A stretch of 64,000 nt of DNA from a bacterium (GTDB lineage Bacteria > Gemmatimonadota > Glassbacteria > GWA2-58-10): assembly GCA_021372515.1 (NCBI GenBank), contig JAJFUG010000180.1, forward strand, positions 64,240-128,239, written 5' to 3'. A program made the position numbers and the translations under genes. Below, piece by piece: positions 18,881-29,226 of the stretch. Position 1 is the stretch's first letter, and each line of letters starts with the position of its first letter. The notes under the pieces are model-generated. The model searched no databases and was not told the origin of the DNA. It saw nothing but the letters and a program-made list of their open reading frames with translations.

Positions 18881-21166
18881 TTGGCCGGATATCGCGTATA
18901 TCAGGTGGCAAAAGACTTCGACATCTCGAGCGAGGCTCTGGTTAAGCTTCTTGAGGAGATAAACCTGCCGGTTAGCTCCCACATGAGCACGATCGACGAG
19001 AAGACGGTGGAGCTTATCACCAGGAAGCTCGCACAGGAAAAAGCCGCCGTTCGACTGAAAATCGAAAACAAGAAGAAACATGTCCCCGTGCGCACCAAGG
19101 CGGAGGAAGAGCTGGAAAAGAAACGCGACTCCCACCGCTCGAAAAGCGCGGTGCGGCGCAAGCGCTTCGACTCCGATCGTCCCGTCGCCAGCCCGCCCGT
19201 TGTCCCGCCCGCTGAGGACGAGGATCGCAGCCAGGCCAAGCCCTGGGGTAAAAAGAAGAAGAAAAAGAAACAGGTCAGCCAGAAAGTAATCGCCGACAAC
19301 ATCCGCAAAACCCTGGCTAAGATCGACGCCGGAGTGCGCAAGAAAAAGCGCCGCCGCCCGATCCCCGGCGGAGTCGAGACGGTCGAGGTCCGCGAGCCGG
19401 AAAAAAGCGTGCGGGTGATGGAGTTCATCTCCCTGGCCGAGCTGAGCGACCTGATCGGTATCCCGGCCGCCACGCTCATTTCCACCTGCATCGACCTGGG
19501 CCTGATGGTCACGGTCAACCAGCGGCTGGATTTCGAGACGATCAGCGTGATCTGCGAGGAGTTCGGCTACAAGGCGATCCACGCCGAGGAATACGGCCAG
19601 GAGCTGCTGCAGGAGGTGGTGGAGGAGGTCCAGGCCGATGGCGTGGAACCCACCCGCCGCGCCCCGATTGTCACGGTGATGGGCCATGTCGACCACGGCA
19701 AGACCACCCTTCTCGACTATATCCGCAAGACCAGCGTGGTCTCGGGCGAGGCCGGCGGTATCACCCAGCACATCGGCGCCTACAAGGTGGAGACCGAGAG
19801 CGGGATGGTCTGTTTCCTGGACACCCCGGGCCACGAGGCGTTCACCTCGATGCGCGCCCGCGGGGCCCAGGTGACCGATATCGTGGTGCTGGTGGTGGCG
19901 GCGGATGACGCCGTGCAGCCCCAGACCCTCGAGGCGATCAACCACGCCAAGGCCGCCAACGTGCCCATAATAGTGGCGATAAACAAGATCGACCTGCCCC
20001 AGGCCAATCCGGGCAAGACCAAGCAGGCCCTGGCCAACCACGGCCTGTTGATCGAGGAGTTCGGTGGCAAGGTGCTCTGCGCCGAGATCAGCGCCAAGAA
20101 AGGCATCGGCGTGGAAAAGCTGATGGAGTTGATCCTGCTGCAGGCCGAGATGATGGAGCTGACCGCAGTACAGAGCGGCCCGGCCCGCGGTGTGGTGATC
20201 GAGGCCAAGCTCGACCGCGGCATGGGTCCGGTGGCCACCGTGCTTCTTACCGCCGGCTGCCTGCACGTGGGCGACCCGTTTGTCTGCGGCCTGGTCTCGG
20301 GCCGCGTGCGGGCCATGCGCAACGAGCGCGGCGAGCACCTGACCGAGGAGGGTCCCTCCTCACCGGTGCAGGTGCTGGGCTTCAGCGGGGTGCCCCAGGC
20401 CGGAGACACGTTCCACGTGATGCGCGAGGAGCGCGAGGCCAAGGACATCTCCAACAACCGCCAGCGCCTGAAACGCGAGCAGGAGTTCAGCCGCCACCGC
20501 AAGATGACCCTGGGCCAGCTCTACGAGCGTATCGAGGCCGGCGAGGTCCACACCCTGCACCTGATTATCAAGGGTGATGTGGACGGGTCGGTGGAGGCGC
20601 TGAGCGACGCCCTGGAGAAGCTGTCGACCCAGGAAGTGAAGGTGGAGGTGATCCACCGCGGCGTGGGCGCGATCAGCGAGCATGATGTGATCCTGGCCTC
20701 GGCATCGGACGCGATCATCATCGGTTTCCACGTGCGGCCGGATGTGAAGGCCCGCGAGACCGCCCAGCGCGAGGGCGTGGACATCCGCCTCTACCGCGTG
20801 ATCTACGAGACGGTTGACGATATCCGTAAGGCGATGGAAGGCCTTCTCACCGCCGAGCAGCGCGAGAGCCTGCAGAGCACTATCGCTGTGCGCCAGGTGT
20901 TCAAGCTCTCAAAGGTGGGGGCCATCGCCGGCTGCCATGTCTCCAGCGGCACGGTGAACCGCAACCACAAGGCGCGCCTGGTGCGCGACGGCGTGGTGGT
21001 CTGGGAGGGGACGATCGCCTCACTCAAGCGCGTGAAGGACGACGTGCGCGAGGTAAACACGGGTTTCGAGTGCGGTATCCGCCTCGAAAATTACATGGAC
21101 ATTAAGGCCGGTGACGTCATAGAGACTTACATCATCGAAGAGGTCAAGCGCCAGCTTACCTCCTGA
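18881..21166 (+). CDS. infB: Translation initiation factor IF-2
   Basis: N-terminal [27 protein letters not shown], a Lys-rich linker, G-domain motifs ([24 protein letters not shown]) and C-terminal beta-barrels. TTG start at 18881 with a ggaga RBS. Confidence 0.9.
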   Translation: MAGYRVYQVAKDFDISSEALVKLLEEINLPVSSHMSTIDEKTVELITRKLAQEKAAVRLKIENKKKHVPVRTKAEEELEKKRDSHRSKSAVRRKRFDSDRPVASPPVVPPAEDEDRSQAKPWGKKKKKKKQVSQKVIADNIRKTLAKIDAGVRKKKRRRPIPGGVETVEVREPEKSVRVMEFISLAELSDLIGIPAATLISTCIDLGLMVTVNQRLDFETISVICEEFGYKAIHAEEYGQELLQEVVEEVQADGVEPTRRAPIVTVMGHVDHGKTTLLDYIRKTSVVSGEAGGITQHIGAYKVETESGMVCFLDTPGHEAFTSMRARGAQVTDIVVLVVAADDAVQPQTLEAINHAKAANVPIIVAINKIDLPQANPGKTKQALANHGLLIEEFGGKVLCAEISAKKGIGVEKLMELILLQAEMMELTAVQSGPARGVVIEAKLDRGMGPVATVLLTAGCLHVGDPFVCGLVSGRVRAMRNERGEHLTEEGPSSPVQVLGFSGVPQAGDTFHVMREEREAKDISNNRQRLKREQEFSRHRKMTLGQLYERIEAGEVHTLHLIIKGDVDGSVEALSDALEKLSTQEVKVEVIHRGVGAISEHDVILASASDAIIIGFHVRPDVKARETAQREGVDIRLYRVIYETVDDIRKAMEGLLTAEQRESLQSTIAVRQVFKLSKVGAIAGCHVSSGTVNRNHKARLVRDGVVVWEGTIASLKRVKDDVREVNTGFECGIRLENYMDIKAGDVIETYIIEEVKRQLTS

Positions 21167-21192
21167 GGGCCCGAACCTGGGCGCGGTGTTGA

Positions 21193-21474
21193 ATGGTTAT
21201 CGGGGTCTGTGAGTTCGAGCTGCACCTGGCCGGCATTCAGTCGCTCAAGTCCAAGCGCGGCGTGCTGAACCGGCTCAAAGCCAGGATCAGCAACAAATTC
21301 AATGTCTCGGTGGCCGAGGTGGACCACCTGGACAGTTGGCAGAGTTCGGTGATCGCCGTGGCGATTGTCTCCAACGAGCAGCGCTTCGCCAACCAGGTGC
21401 TTTCAAAAGTCTCGGAACTGGTGGCCTCAGACCACCAGGTGATGTTGATCGACCAGAGGATGCAGTTTCTGTAA
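21193..21474 (+). CDS. DUF503 protein (YlxP-like), conserved between infB and rbfA
   Basis: 93 aa in the position of B. subtilis ylxP. Its TAA stop overlaps the rbfA ATG (taATG). Confidence 0.7.
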   Translation: MVIGVCEFELHLAGIQSLKSKRGVLNRLKARISNKFNVSVAEVDHLDSWQSSVIAVAIVSNEQRFANQVLSKVSELVASDHQVMLIDQRMQFL

Positions 21475-21884
21475 TGAAACGACAGCATGGGTTCAAGAGA
21501 AGCGACCGGATAGGCGAGTTGCTGCACCGCGAGATCGGCGGGATCATCCGCTTCGAGGTGCGCGACCCCCGTCTGGAAGAGGTGACTGTGACCGCGGTGC
21601 GTTGCGTGGATGACCTGCGCGAGGCCACCGTGTTCGTTGCGGTGCTGGGTGAGGACAAGACCCCGGCCATGAAAGCCCTGGAGCGGGCGGCCAGTTTCAT
21701 CCGCTCCTCGCTGGGGCGGCGCTGCTATCTGAGATTTGTGCCCAACTTGCATTTCCGTCTCGATACCAGCCTGCAGAACGTGGCTCGGATCGAGGACCTG
21801 CTCGACCGTGTTCACCGTGAGCAGGAGCAGATCGAGGCGGAGCGGGAAGCACGGCGGGGGGAGCAGAGCAGTGACGAGCCGTGA
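21474..21884 (+). CDS. rbfA: Ribosome-binding factor A
   Basis: MKRQHGFKRSDRIGELLHREIGGIIRFEVRDPRL is a typical RbfA sequence. ATG at 21474. Confidence 0.85.
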   Translation: MKRQHGFKRSDRIGELLHREIGGIIRFEVRDPRLEEVTVTAVRCVDDLREATVFVAVLGEDKTPAMKALERAASFIRSSLGRRCYLRFVPNLHFRLDTSLQNVARIEDLLDRVHREQEQIEAEREARRGEQSSDEP

Positions 21885-22860
21885 GGCGGCCCCCGGCGCC
21901 GGGAAAGTGACCGACATCCGCGGCCTGCTCCTGCTGGACAAGCCGGTTGGGCCGACCAGTCACGATGTGGTGGACAAGGTGCGGCGTCTGTTCGGGCTGC
22001 GCAAGGTGGGGCACACGGGCACGCTGGACCCGCTGGCCACGGGCCTGCTGGTGCTGTGCCTGGGCGGGGCGACCCGTTTCGCCTCGTACCTGGCGGGCCA
22101 GGACAAGGTCTACCGCGCGGTGATCCGTCTGGGCGAGGTGAGCAGCACGGATGATGCCGAGGGCGAGATAATCCGCCGCTTCGAGGGCGACCTGGCCGGG
22201 CAGGTGGGCGGCCGGGAGGCGCTGGCACAGGTGCTGGCCGGTTTCCTGGGCGTAAGCCGCCAGATGCCGCCCAGCTACAGTTCCAAGAAAATCGAGGGCG
22301 TGCCGGCCTACGCCCTGGCCCGCAAGGGCAAGACGCCGGCCCTCAAGCCAGCCACGGTGCGGATCGACCGGATTAGCCTTCTGTCGGTCGAACTGCCGCA
22401 CCTCGAGCTGGAGGTGGCCTGCTCGGCCGGGACCTACCTGCGCTCGCTGGCCCGTGACCTGGGTGAGCGGCTGGGTGTCGGGGGGTTGCTGGACGGCCTG
22501 GTGCGCACGCGGGTAGGGGCTTTCGCGCTGGAGGAGGCGACCAGCCTGGCCGCCCTGGCAAACCTGGAAGAACGCGCCGACCGCGTGTCCTGCCTGCTGC
22601 CGGTCGAACGGGGCCTGGAGAGGCTGAAGCCGGTGGCCCTGACCGCCGAGGGTCTGCAGAAAATGTTTTTCGGCCGCAGCCTCGATCTGGCTGCGGGTGA
22701 GTTGAGCCTGGAGGGGGAATACGCCCTGGGACCGAACGATGTCCGGTTGCATGCGCCGGATGGCTCATTCCTGGGAGTCGGCGTGCTGGAGTTGATCGGG
22801 CGGGGAGCCGGAGTGCTCCGTCCGCGCCGGTTGATGATAGAGGCGTTCCCGGCCGATTGA
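21871..22860 (+). CDS. truB: tRNA pseudouridine(55) synthase TruB
   Basis: LLLDKPVGPTSHDVVDKVRRLFGLRKVGHTGTLDPLATGLL carries the catalytic Asp motif, and a PUA-like C-terminus follows. GTG at 21871 overlaps the rbfA end; a start at 21907 is an alternative. Confidence 0.85.
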   Translation: MTSREAAPGAGKVTDIRGLLLLDKPVGPTSHDVVDKVRRLFGLRKVGHTGTLDPLATGLLVLCLGGATRFASYLAGQDKVYRAVIRLGEVSSTDDAEGEIIRRFEGDLAGQVGGREALAQVLAGFLGVSRQMPPSYSSKKIEGVPAYALARKGKTPALKPATVRIDRISLLSVELPHLELEVACSAGTYLRSLARDLGERLGVGGLLDGLVRTRVGAFALEEATSLAALANLEERADRVSCLLPVERGLERLKPVALTAEGLQKMFFGRSLDLAAGELSLEGEYALGPNDVRLHAPDGSFLGVGVLELIGRGAGVLRPRRLMIEAFPAD

Positions 22861-22906
22861 GAGTGTGGGGCCGGGGCTGCGTCGCCGGCCGTCCGAGGAT
22901 GGTTCG

Positions 22907-23842
22907 ATGGAAGTGTGGAAAGATGACGGCTCCCGGCAGTTCCCATCGGATTCCGGCACGGCGTTGACCGTGGGGACGTTCGACGGGGTGCACCGGGGGC
23001 ATGTGCATATACTGGAAGAGCTGGTCCGGGTGTCACGCGAGGGCGGTCTGCGCTCGGTGGTGGTCACTTTCGATCCGCACCCCAGGCATGTGCTTCAGCC
23101 GGCCGTGGAGTTCGGCCTGCTCACCGGCGAGGCGGCCAAGACCCGTCTGATCGGCGCGCTGGGTGTGGACTATCTGGCCGTGACCCGTTTCGACCTGGCG
23201 CTGTCGCAGCTCCCGCCGGAGCGGTTCGTGGTCGATCACCTGCTCGAACGCTTCCGGATGCGCACCCTGGTCGTGGGCTATGACCACGCTTTCGGCAAGG
23301 ATCGCGCCGGGGGGCAGCAGATGCTGTCCGAGATGTCGGACCGCCTGGGGTTCTCTCTGGTGCGGGTGCCGCCCGTGCTGCACGAGGGCCGGCCGATCTC
23401 AAGCTCGCGGGTGCGCCGGGCGCTGGAAGAGGGCCGCATGGCCGAGGCCGAGCACCTGCTCGGACGGTTCTACTCGTTCAGCGGGCGCGTGGTGCACGGC
23501 GCCGGTCGGGGACGCAAGCTGGGACACCCCACGGCCAACCTGGTCCCGCTGTTTGAGCGCAAGCAGCTTTTCCCGTCCGGTGTCTACGCCGCGCGGGTCA
23601 GTCTGGACGGGCGTTGGGTGCAGGGAGCGCTGTACTGGGGGCCGCGGCCGACTTTCAACGAGGATGAGCCGGGCTTGGAGCTGAACCTGTACGAGTTCGA
23701 GGCCGACCTGTACGACCGGGTCCTGGAAGTGGAGGTGGTCGAGCGTATCCGCCCGATCCGGAGCTTCCCGGATTCCGATGAGTTGATCCGGCAGATGGAC
23801 CGTGACGATACGGCGGTCAGGAGGGTGCTGGAAGGCATCTAA
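22907..23842 (+). CDS. ribF: Bifunctional riboflavin kinase / FMN adenylyltransferase RibF
   Basis: LTVGTFDGVHRGHVHIL FAD-synthetase motif and a C-terminal riboflavin kinase domain (GRGRKLGHPTANL, LYEFEADLYD). ATG at 22907 with a gagga RBS. Confidence 0.9.
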   Translation: MEVWKDDGSRQFPSDSGTALTVGTFDGVHRGHVHILEELVRVSREGGLRSVVVTFDPHPRHVLQPAVEFGLLTGEAAKTRLIGALGVDYLAVTRFDLALSQLPPERFVVDHLLERFRMRTLVVGYDHAFGKDRAGGQQMLSEMSDRLGFSLVRVPPVLHEGRPISSSRVRRALEEGRMAEAEHLLGRFYSFSGRVVHGAGRGRKLGHPTANLVPLFERKQLFPSGVYAARVSLDGRWVQGALYWGPRPTFNEDEPGLELNLYEFEADLYDRVLEVEVVERIRPIRSFPDSDELIRQMDRDDTAVRRVLEGI

Positions 23843-23947
23843 AATCCGGCGCTGGACATGGCCGGGCAATTACTGAAACGAACCTGTCATACCAATAAAC
23901 CAAAGGGTTGTTCACAACCTGAGTCAGCATCTGGAGGGAAGAGGTAG

Positions 23948-24217
23948 ATGAGCATCACAGCAGAAGTAAAGGCCGGGCTGATCGAGCAGTACCGCAAGAA
24001 CGAGAAGGATGTCGGATCGGCCTCCGTGCAGGTGGCGATCCTGACCGAGCGCATCCGCAACCTGACCGAGCATTTCAAGACGCACAAGAAGGACCACCAT
24101 TCGCGGCGGGGACTGCTGAAGCTGGTCGGCCAGCGCAAGCGCCTGCTCGAATACCTGCGCAGGAGCAGCTTCAATGAGTACAAAGAACTCATTGGACGGC
24201 TGCAGTTGCGCAAGTAA
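23948..24217 (+). CDS. rpsO: 30S ribosomal protein S15
   Basis: 89 aa with [50 protein letters not shown]. Confidence 0.95.
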   Translation: MSITAEVKAGLIEQYRKNEKDVGSASVQVAILTERIRNLTEHFKTHKKDHHSRRGLLKLVGQRKRLLEYLRRSSFNEYKELIGRLQLRK

Positions 24218-24384
24218 TCTGTTTCCGGCCGGGGCCTTTTTAGGCCGCGGCGCGAGTAAGCCCGTCGGAATAAGGGCGGCGTAAATCTTTCCGCTTGTCG
24301 GAAGTCCCGGTTTACGGACCTGAAATTTCGGGCGGTCCCCCTTAGGGAATCGGCTTATTCAAATCACAAAGCGGAAGGAATCAC

Positions 24385-26475
24385 ATGGTTTACAGACTTG
24401 AAAGAATGATCGGCGGGCGACCGCTGTCAATCGAAACCGGCCGCATGGCCAAACAAGCCCACGGCTCGGCCCTGGTGCGCTACGGCGATACGGTCATCCT
24501 GGCCGCCGTTGTGGCGAGCAAGGAACCCAAGCCGGGGGTGGATTTCCTGCCCCTGTTCGTGGATTACCGCGAGCGCGCGTTCGCCGGCGGCAAGATACCG
24601 GGCGGATTTTTCAAACGCGAGGGCCGTCCCAGCGAGCGCGAAATCCTCTGCGCCCGCCAGGTGGACCGTCCTATCCGGCCCCTGTTCCCCAAGGGCTACA
24701 ACCACGATGTCATAGTGATGCTCACCGTGCTCAGTTCCGACCAGGAAAACCAGGCGGATGTTCTGGGTCTGGTGGCGGCCAGCACAGCCCTGGCGCTCAG
24801 CCACATCCCGGTTACGTCCACCGTGGCCTCGGTCCGGGTGGGCTACATCGACGGACAGTACGTGCTCAACCCCACGTTCAGCCAGATGGACTCCAGCAGC
24901 CTCGACCTGACCGTGGCCGGAACCCGCGGCGACATCGTGATGGTCGAGGGCGGCGCCAATGAGCTGCCCGACACCCTGGTGCTGGGCGCGCTCGAATTCG
25001 CCCAGAAAGGCATCGCCGAAGTGGTGTCCCTGATCGACGAGCTGGTCGGACAGGCCGGAGCGCCCAAGCAGCAGTTCGTCCCGCGTGAGATGGACCCCAA
25101 GCTGCGCGAGCTGGTGCGCAGCCGGGTCGAGAACCCGCTGGACGACATCCTGACCATCGCCGAGAAGCAGGCCCGCGAGGAGACCTACAACCAGCTCGTG
25201 GCCGACACGGTGGATGACCTGGCCGAGGAATATCCCGAGATGGAGAAGGAAATCTCCTCGGTGATCGGCGAGATGGAGAAGGAAAAGATGCGCCGCATGG
25301 TCCTGGAGCAGCATCGCCGGGTGGATGGCCGCAGCACCACCGAGATCCGCCAGATTACCTGCGAGATCCAGGTGCTGCCGCGCGTGCACGGCTCGGCGCT
25401 GTTCACCCGCGGCCAGACCCAGGCCCTGGTTTCGGCCACCCTGGGCACGAGCATGGACAGCCAGGTGATCGACTCGATCGAGCAGGCCGAGTTCCGCAAG
25501 ACTTTCATGCTGCACTACAATTTCCCCTCGTTCAGCGTGGGCGAGGTGGGCATCCCGCGCGGCCCCGGCCGTCGCGAGATCGGTCACGGCGCGCTGGCCG
25601 AGAGGGCCATCCGCCCGATGATCAACATCGAGGGCTTCCCCTACACCATCCGCCTGGTCTCGGACATCCTGGAATCCAACGGTTCCAGCTCGATGGCCAC
25701 GGTCTGCGGCGGGTCGCTGGCCCTGATGGACGCCGGTGTGCCGCTGAAGCGGCCGGTGGCGGGCATCGCCATGGGCCTGATCTTCGAGAGCGGCCGTCAC
25801 GCCGTGCTCAGTGACATCCTGGGCGTCGAGGACCACCTGGGCGACATGGATTTCAAGGTGGCCGGCAGCCGCGAGGGCCTGACAGCTTTCCAGTTGGACA
25901 GCAAGATGGGCGGCATCCCGCTGGCAGTGCTGGGCGAGGCCATGCAGCAGGCCATAACCGGCTACCGCTCGATCCTCGACCTGATGGACAGCGCCATCGA
26001 CACCCCGCGCGCCGAGATCAGCCCCTACGCGCCGCGTATCGTGACGATCAAGATCCATCCGGACAAGATCCGTGAGGTCATCGGCCCGGGCGGCAAGATG
26101 ATCCGCAAGATCACCGAGGAATCGGGGGCCAAGATCGAGATCGAGGACGACGGGACAGTGACCATCGCCTCGGCGGATGAGAACGCCTGCAACATCGCCA
26201 TAGAGCGGATCAACGAGATCGCGGCCGAGCCCGAAATCGGGCGGGTCTACAACAGCGTGGTCAAGACAGTCACCTCGTTCGGTGCGTTTGTCGAGTTCAT
26301 GCCCGGCCGCGAGGGACTGGTCCATATCTCCGAGCTGGAGAAGACCCGGGTCAAGGACATCGAGTCCGTGGTCAAGGTCGGCGACAAGTTCAAGGTCAAG
26401 CTGATCGGGATCGACAAGCAGAACCGGATCAAGCTGTCCAAGGTGGCGGCGATGGAAGAGGAAGGGGTAAACTGA
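24385..26475 (+). CDS. pnp: Polynucleotide phosphorylase
   Basis: 696 aa with two RNase PH domains followed by KH and S1 domains (GRVYNSVVKTVTSFGAFVEF). RBS ggaagga. Confidence 0.95.
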   Translation: MVYRLERMIGGRPLSIETGRMAKQAHGSALVRYGDTVILAAVVASKEPKPGVDFLPLFVDYRERAFAGGKIPGGFFKREGRPSEREILCARQVDRPIRPLFPKGYNHDVIVMLTVLSSDQENQADVLGLVAASTALALSHIPVTSTVASVRVGYIDGQYVLNPTFSQMDSSSLDLTVAGTRGDIVMVEGGANELPDTLVLGALEFAQKGIAEVVSLIDELVGQAGAPKQQFVPREMDPKLRELVRSRVENPLDDILTIAEKQAREETYNQLVADTVDDLAEEYPEMEKEISSVIGEMEKEKMRRMVLEQHRRVDGRSTTEIRQITCEIQVLPRVHGSALFTRGQTQALVSATLGTSMDSQVIDSIEQAEFRKTFMLHYNFPSFSVGEVGIPRGPGRREIGHGALAERAIRPMINIEGFPYTIRLVSDILESNGSSSMATVCGGSLALMDAGVPLKRPVAGIAMGLIFESGRHAVLSDILGVEDHLGDMDFKVAGSREGLTAFQLDSKMGGIPLAVLGEAMQQAITGYRSILDLMDSAIDTPRAEISPYAPRIVTIKIHPDKIREVIGPGGKMIRKITEESGAKIEIEDDGTVTIASADENACNIAIERINEIAAEPEIGRVYNSVVKTVTSFGAFVEFMPGREGLVHISELEKTRVKDIESVVKVGDKFKVKLIGIDKQNRIKLSKVAAMEEEGVN

Positions 26476-26479
26476 GCAC

Positions 26480-27754
26480 GTGAGCATGGAACAGGTAAAG
26501 CATCTTACCACCGAAAGCGGGCTGCGTATCGTGATGGAGCGTATTCCGCACGTGCGCTCCTGCTCGCTGGGGGTGTGGATTAACCGCGGCAGCCGTCACG
26601 AGCCGCTGGAGAAGGTGGGTATCAGCCACCTGCTGGAGCACATGGTGTTCAAGGGCACCAGCCGGCGGGACGTGAAAGAGATCGCCAACTCCATCGAATC
26701 GGTGGGCGGCAGCCTGGATGCGTTCACCAGCCGCGAGTTCACCTGTTTCCATGCCAAGGTGCTGGATGAATACAGCGATTTCGCCCTGGACGTGCTGGCC
26801 GACCTGATCGACTCGCCCTGTCTGGCCGAGGACCAACTCGCCCGCGAGAAGCAGGTGGTGTACGAGGAAATCCGGAACATGGAGGACACGCCGGATGACC
26901 TTATACACCAGCTCTACTCCGAGACGATCTGGGGCGGTGGCCCGCTGGGCTATCCGCTGCTGGGCACCTACGAGACCGTGGAGGGCATCGGCGGCGAGGA
27001 CCTGCGCGGCTACCTGACCGGGCAGTACCAGGCGCGCAACATGGTGATTTCCGTGGCCGGCAACATCGATTTCGCATCGGTCGAGGCCACGATTCACGAG
27101 AAGTTCGCTTTCGCGGCGGCGCGCAACGGCAACGGCGCCTCCGGGCTGAGCACAGAAAGCCAGACAGCCTCCGGCCCGGTGCGCCGACATGTCAGCCGGG
27201 CTTGCCAGCAGACCCACCTGTGCCTGGGCACGCTGGGCATGTCGCATTCCGACCCGCGGCGCTACGCTTTCCTGCTGCTGAGCAGTATTGTGGGCGGCGG
27301 TATGAGCTCGCGCCTGTTCCAGCGGGTGCGGGAGGAGGAAGCCCTGGCCTACGTGGTCTACAGCTTTCAGCAGTTCTACCGCGACATGGGTGTGTTCGGG
27401 GTTTACGCCGGGGTGGAGCCCAGCCGCAGCGAGCACGCGGTGGAGGTAATCCGCCAGGAGTATTCCAGTATCCTCAGCCAGGGAGTGACAGCCGAGGAGC
27501 TGGAGGGGGCCAAGAACCAGCTCAAGGGGCAGCTCGTGCTGGGGCTGGAGAGCACCACCACCCGGATGTTCCGCCTGGCCAATTTCGAGTTGAACGAGGA
27601 GCCCTACCAGCCCATAGACGATGTGATCGCCAACATCCAGGCGGTGAGCCTGGAGGATGTGGCCGCGGTCGCCGCCCTGGTGCTGGACCCGGACGGGCAG
27701 TACGTGGTCTCCCTCGGCCCGGAAAGTGAAAGCGACAGCGCGGCGGAGGAATGA
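26480..27754 (+). CDS. M16-family zinc peptidase (MlpA/YmxG-like) downstream of pnp
   Basis: HLLEHMVFKGT inverted zinc-binding motif followed by a second M16 domain. Same position as B. subtilis mlpA. Confidence 0.85.
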   Translation: MSMEQVKHLTTESGLRIVMERIPHVRSCSLGVWINRGSRHEPLEKVGISHLLEHMVFKGTSRRDVKEIANSIESVGGSLDAFTSREFTCFHAKVLDEYSDFALDVLADLIDSPCLAEDQLAREKQVVYEEIRNMEDTPDDLIHQLYSETIWGGGPLGYPLLGTYETVEGIGGEDLRGYLTGQYQARNMVISVAGNIDFASVEATIHEKFAFAAARNGNGASGLSTESQTASGPVRRHVSRACQQTHLCLGTLGMSHSDPRRYAFLLLSSIVGGGMSSRLFQRVREEEALAYVVYSFQQFYRDMGVFGVYAGVEPSRSEHAVEVIRQEYSSILSQGVTAEELEGAKNQLKGQLVLGLESTTTRMFRLANFELNEEPYQPIDDVIANIQAVSLEDVAAVAALVLDPDGQYVVSLGPESESDSAAEE

Positions 27755-27782
27755 TCCGCCCGGAAATATGAGCATCGAACGG

Positions 27783-27816
27783 CCCCGGGGCGCTTTGGAG
27801 CGGCCCGGGGTTTTTC
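27783..27816 (+). terminator. Intrinsic terminator after the pnp / M16 peptidase operon
   Basis: ccccggggcgc-tttggag-gcggcccgggg (11-bp stem with one mismatch) followed by tttttcgctt. Confidence 0.55.
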
Positions 27817-27858
27817 GCTTGAGCTTGATTATTTCACCCTTTGAGCCCAGATATAAGC

Positions 27859-28761
27859 ATGGCTGACGACAATTACCACCGTCGGAGCGAGGGAGACCGC
27901 ACCGCCTCCCGGGCCGAGCGCGACCACCGTCGCGCCCTGGGCCAGAATTTCCTGAAGAGCGAATCCATCGCCCGTCGGATTGCCGAGAGCCTGGGACCCC
28001 TGGAGAGCTCGCACGTGCTGGAGCTGGGGGCCGGGCCGGGACGGTTGAGCGGACAGATTGTACAGCGCGCCGCGGTGGTCACCCTGCTGGAGCTGGACCC
28101 GGCCCTGGTCGCGCGCCTGGAGGAAAAATACCGCGCCGATGCGCGGGTGTCCGTGGTGCGCGGGGATATCCTGCGCTTCGATTTCGGGCACTGGGCCGGG
28201 GGCTGCGCCCCGCTCACGCCGGTTGTGGCGGGCAACATCCCCTACAACATCACCTCCAACCTGCTGCACTGTCTGCTGGAAGCGCGCAGCCACCTGGGCA
28301 CGGTGGTGCTGATGCTGCAGGAGGAGGTGGCGCGCAAGCTGACCTGTACGCCCGGGGGCAAGGCCTGGGCCATGCTGCCGGTGCTGATCAACTGCTACGC
28401 CTCATCCGAGTACCTTTTCCGGGTGGAGGCCGGCAATTTCAGCCCGCAGCCCAAGGTGGACTCGGCGGTGGTGCGGCTCGATTTCGCTTTCGGCCGCGGC
28501 GGATGCCCGCAGCGTCCGCAGGATGAGCGTCTGTTCCAGGCCCTGGTCAAGCGCCTGTTCCTGGAGCGGCGCAAGCAGGTGCAGAAAGTGCTGCGCTCCG
28601 ACCCGCTCTACCGCCTGGGTCCGGAGCAGCTTGAGCGCCTGGCCGCCGCCGTCGGGCAGGACCTTGGCCGAAGGCCGGAGGAGCTGTCGGTGGAGGATTT
28701 CATCCGCTTGGCCGACTGCCTGGCCACGCTGCGGGCCGTGGAACCTGGCCCGGCGGATTGA
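27859..28761 (+). CDS. rsmA: 16S rRNA (adenine1518/1519-N6)-dimethyltransferase RsmA/KsgA
   Basis: LGQNFL, LELGAGPGRLS and GNIPYNITS motifs. ATG at 27859 (track ORF starts at a TTG at 27841). Confidence 0.9.
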   Translation: MADDNYHRRSEGDRTASRAERDHRRALGQNFLKSESIARRIAESLGPLESSHVLELGAGPGRLSGQIVQRAAVVTLLELDPALVARLEEKYRADARVSVVRGDILRFDFGHWAGGCAPLTPVVAGNIPYNITSNLLHCLLEARSHLGTVVLMLQEEVARKLTCTPGGKAWAMLPVLINCYASSEYLFRVEAGNFSPQPKVDSAVVRLDFAFGRGGCPQRPQDERLFQALVKRLFLERRKQVQKVLRSDPLYRLGPEQLERLAAAVGQDLGRRPEELSVEDFIRLADCLATLRAVEPGPAD

Positions 28762-28849
28762 TCACTGGTATGGAAATTGCCTATCGAGTGGGCGGACAAG
28801 TATCCTCACCCCTGCAATCCAAAGTCTTTCGCCGGTCGGGGAGGCGCGG

Positions 28850-29191
28850 TTGGACCAGCCGAAAATCAGGAAACTCGAATTCGAGAACTTCGAGCCGCAG
28901 TCCCGCGGCGAGGGAGCTCTCGAGCTCAAACGCCTGAACGACATTTCGTTGCAGCTTCGGGCCGAGCTGGGACGATCCAAGGTGACCCTGCGTGAGATAC
29001 TGAGCTGGAAGCGTGACACGATTGTCACCCTGGAAAAGCTGGCCGGCGAGAACGTGGACATCTACATCCACGGTGTGCGTTTCGCCAGCGGAGAGGTCCT
29101 GGTGGTGGAGGACAATTTTGCCGTCCGCCTGACCGAACTGCTCAGCTACATTGAGCGGGTCAAGCTGGGTTTGAGCCGCGCCGCGGAGTGA
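28850..29191 (+). CDS. FliN/SpoA-domain protein (flagellar motor switch / T3SS C-ring family), orphan
   Basis: ISLQLRAELGRSKVTLREILSWKRDTIVTLEKLAGENVDIYIHGVRFASGEVLVVEDNFAVRLTELLSYIER aligns along its whole length with E. coli FliN IPVKLTVELGRTRMTIKELLRLTQGSVVALDGLAGEPLDILINGYLIAQGEVVVVADKYGVRITDII. Putative TTG start at 28850 with a ggggagg RBS; the start is uncertain. Confidence 0.65.
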   Translation: MDQPKIRKLEFENFEPQSRGEGALELKRLNDISLQLRAELGRSKVTLREILSWKRDTIVTLEKLAGENVDIYIHGVRFASGEVLVVEDNFAVRLTELLSYIERVKLGLSRAAE

Positions 29192-29226
29192 ACCTGGACC
29201 TTTTCCATTCCGGCAGCGGGGACCGT

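Noticed and set aside
24218-24384. Possible rpsO terminator or pnp leader hairpin (ccggccggggcctttttaggccgcggc)
   Set aside because: Only short (4-6 bp) GC stems with ambiguous pairing. It is plausible as the RNase III-type pnp leader, but too weak to call from sequence alone.
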